NCBI GenBank assembly: GCA_937991785.1
Contig: CALKMO010000208.1
Location: 1 to 45,013, forward strand
Origin: an uncultured bacterium
GTDB lineage: Bacteria; Planctomycetota; SZUA-567; H5-PLA8; CALKMO01
Direction: 5' to 3'
Length of the DNA stretch: 45,013 bases
Shown: one piece after another, positions 43,901 through 45,013 of the stretch
Numbering within the stretch: position 1 is the stretch's first letter
Layout of the letters: the number at the start of each line of letters is the position of its first letter
Notes under the pieces: model-generated
Database searches by the model: none
What the model was told of the DNA's origin: nothing
Seen by the model: only the letters and a program-made list of their open reading frames with translations
Translations under genes and position numbers: made by a program

Positions 43901-45013
43901 TTAAGATGCGCTCCGCGCCGCGCGCCCGTAGCGGTAGTGGGCGGCGCAAGAACCTTCGCTGGAGACCATGCACGGCCCCTTCGGCCTGGCCGGATCGCAG
44001 GCTTTCCCGAACATCGGGCATTCCGGCGGCTCTATCGTGCCCTTAAGCACGTCCCCGCAGCGGCAGCCCCGCGGCGGCGGCGCCGGAACCATACCGATCC
44101 CGAATCGCCTCTCGGCGTCGAAACCGGCGAATGTGCGTCTCAACCGCAGCCCGCTCGCCGGTATGACGCCCATGCCGCGCCATGAGGCGTCCGATATCTC
44201 GAAAACCTCCTCCATCGCGCGCTTGGCCGCGGGGTTTCCGCCGGGCCGGACCACCCTGACATACTGATTCTCCACCGCGGCGCGGCCGTCGGCGATCTGT
44301 TCCAGCAGCATCGCCACGCCTTCGAGGATGTCGGATGCATCGAAGCCGGTCACGACTATCGGCACGCGATATTTCTGCGTCAAAGGCAGGTAGGCGTCCG
44401 AACCTATTACTACGCTCACGTGTCCAGGCGCGATGAACCCGTCGAGGGCCGCCCCCCCCTCTAAGACCGCGGCCATGGCCGGCGGAATCAGCTTATGGGC
44501 GGCCAAAATCGAGAAGTTCCGTACGTCCTCGTCCCTGGCCCGCAGGACGGTAGCGGCTATGGTCGGGGCGGTAGTTTCGAATCCTACCGCCAGGAAAACG
44601 ACCTGTCGCTCCGGCTCGCGGCGGGCCGTTTCGAACGCGTCGGAGCAGGAATAGACCACGCGGACATCCGCCCCGCGGGAACGCGCATCCTGAAGGCTGC
44701 CGCGCGAACCGGGAACGCGCATCATGTCGCCGAAAGTGGCGATCGTTACCGCGCGATCCGAGCCGAGCAATACGGCTGCGTCAATATACGCATCGTCCGT
44801 AACGCACACCGGGCATCCGGGACCTGATATAAGCCGCACGCGGTCGGGCAGGAACCCGCGGATCCCGTGGCGGAAGATCGCCATCGTGTGCGTGCCGCAG
44901 ACCTCCATCAGCCTGACGCGGCGATCGCCGATCCGCGAGGCGGCGCGCGCCATGCGTTCCCGCGCTTCAGTCTCGCGAGCAACCGCGCCCGCCGCGGCGC
45001 CGCGCGTCGCCTT
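43901..45013 (-). CDS. hypD: hydrogenase maturation protein HypD (5' end probably beyond the window)
   Basis: 'MEVCGTHTMAIFRHGI', 'ISGPGCPVCVT', 'GFETTAP' and a C-terminal 'CRCGDVLKG...PPECPMFG'. The frame is open to position 45013. The Met at 44953 leaves a shorter-than-usual N-terminus. Confidence 0.9.
   Translation of the reverse strand, partial: KATRGAAAGAVARETEARERMARAASRIGDRRVRLMEVCGTHTMAIFRHGIRGFLPDRVRLISGPGCPVCVTDDAYIDAAVLLGSDRAVTIATFGDMMRVPGSRGSLQDARSRGADVRVVYSCSDAFETARREPERQVVFLAVGFETTAPTIAATVLRARDEDVRNFSILAAHKLIPPAMAAVLEGGAALDGFIAPGHVSVVIGSDAYLPLTQKYRVPIVVTGFDASDILEGVAMLLEQIADGRAAVENQYVRVVRPGGNPAAKRAMEEVFEISDASWRGMGVIPASGLRLRRTFAGFDAERRFGIGMVPAPPPRGCRCGDVLKGTIEPPECPMFGKACDPARPKGPCMVSSEGSCAAHYRYGRAARSAS

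Noticed and set aside
1-45013. Search for CRISPR arrays, IS elements, integrases, phage genes and rRNA/tRNA genes.
   Set aside because: I found no regularly spaced repeats, no transposase- or recombinase-like ORFs, and no convincing cloverleaf or rRNA-like conserved blocks by eye. This is a manual scan, so small elements could be missed.

Overview
This is a high-GC bacterial chromosomal window. Hand counts give 64 G+C in 20001-20100 and 36 G+C in 38281-38380. I found no rRNA, tRNA, CRISPR array, integrase or transposase. I support about 37 CDS; most other ORFs in the six-frame track are GC-driven shadow frames antisense to homology-supported genes.

Left third (housekeeping): a URO-D-family protein, rnhA, a PHP/CehA-like lipoprotein, hemW, a MoxR-DUF58-transglutaminase operon, an archaeal-type thymidylate-synthase-fold enzyme next to a Cof HAD phosphatase, a TPR-like protein, an RluD-like pseudouridine synthase and a D-aminoacylase.

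Centre (29.3 kb down to 17.4 kb): 12 co-directional minus-strand genes form an oxygen/metal-stress supercluster. In order they are a PerR/Fur-like regulator with a Fur-box in its own promoter, TIGR02757, a DUF318/SO_0444-type permease with an HMA domain, rubrerythrin, a secreted Cys-rich TRASH-rhodanese, Tpx, desulfoferrodoxin, ferritin, a ferritin-like protein, cydA, cydB, and a divergent DprA-like protein fused to an unknown C-terminal domain.

Right third: two very large secreted glycan-enzyme-like proteins, a hybrid sensor kinase whose periplasmic solute-binding domain is split by a frameshift, a ~3.4 kb low-GC islet, an OprO/P-like porin, and hypE plus a partial hypD.

Best candidates for something undescribed:
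- The low-GC islet at 37.9-41.3 kb. It holds orphan small genes, a metallophosphoesterase translationally coupled to a multi-TM protein, a 440-nt non-coding stretch with direct repeats, and two promoters that share the palindrome TTCAATATTGA.
- The DprA(SLOG)-unknown-domain fusion at the tail of the cyd operon.

All functional calls rest on motif recognition by eye and need HMM or structure searches.
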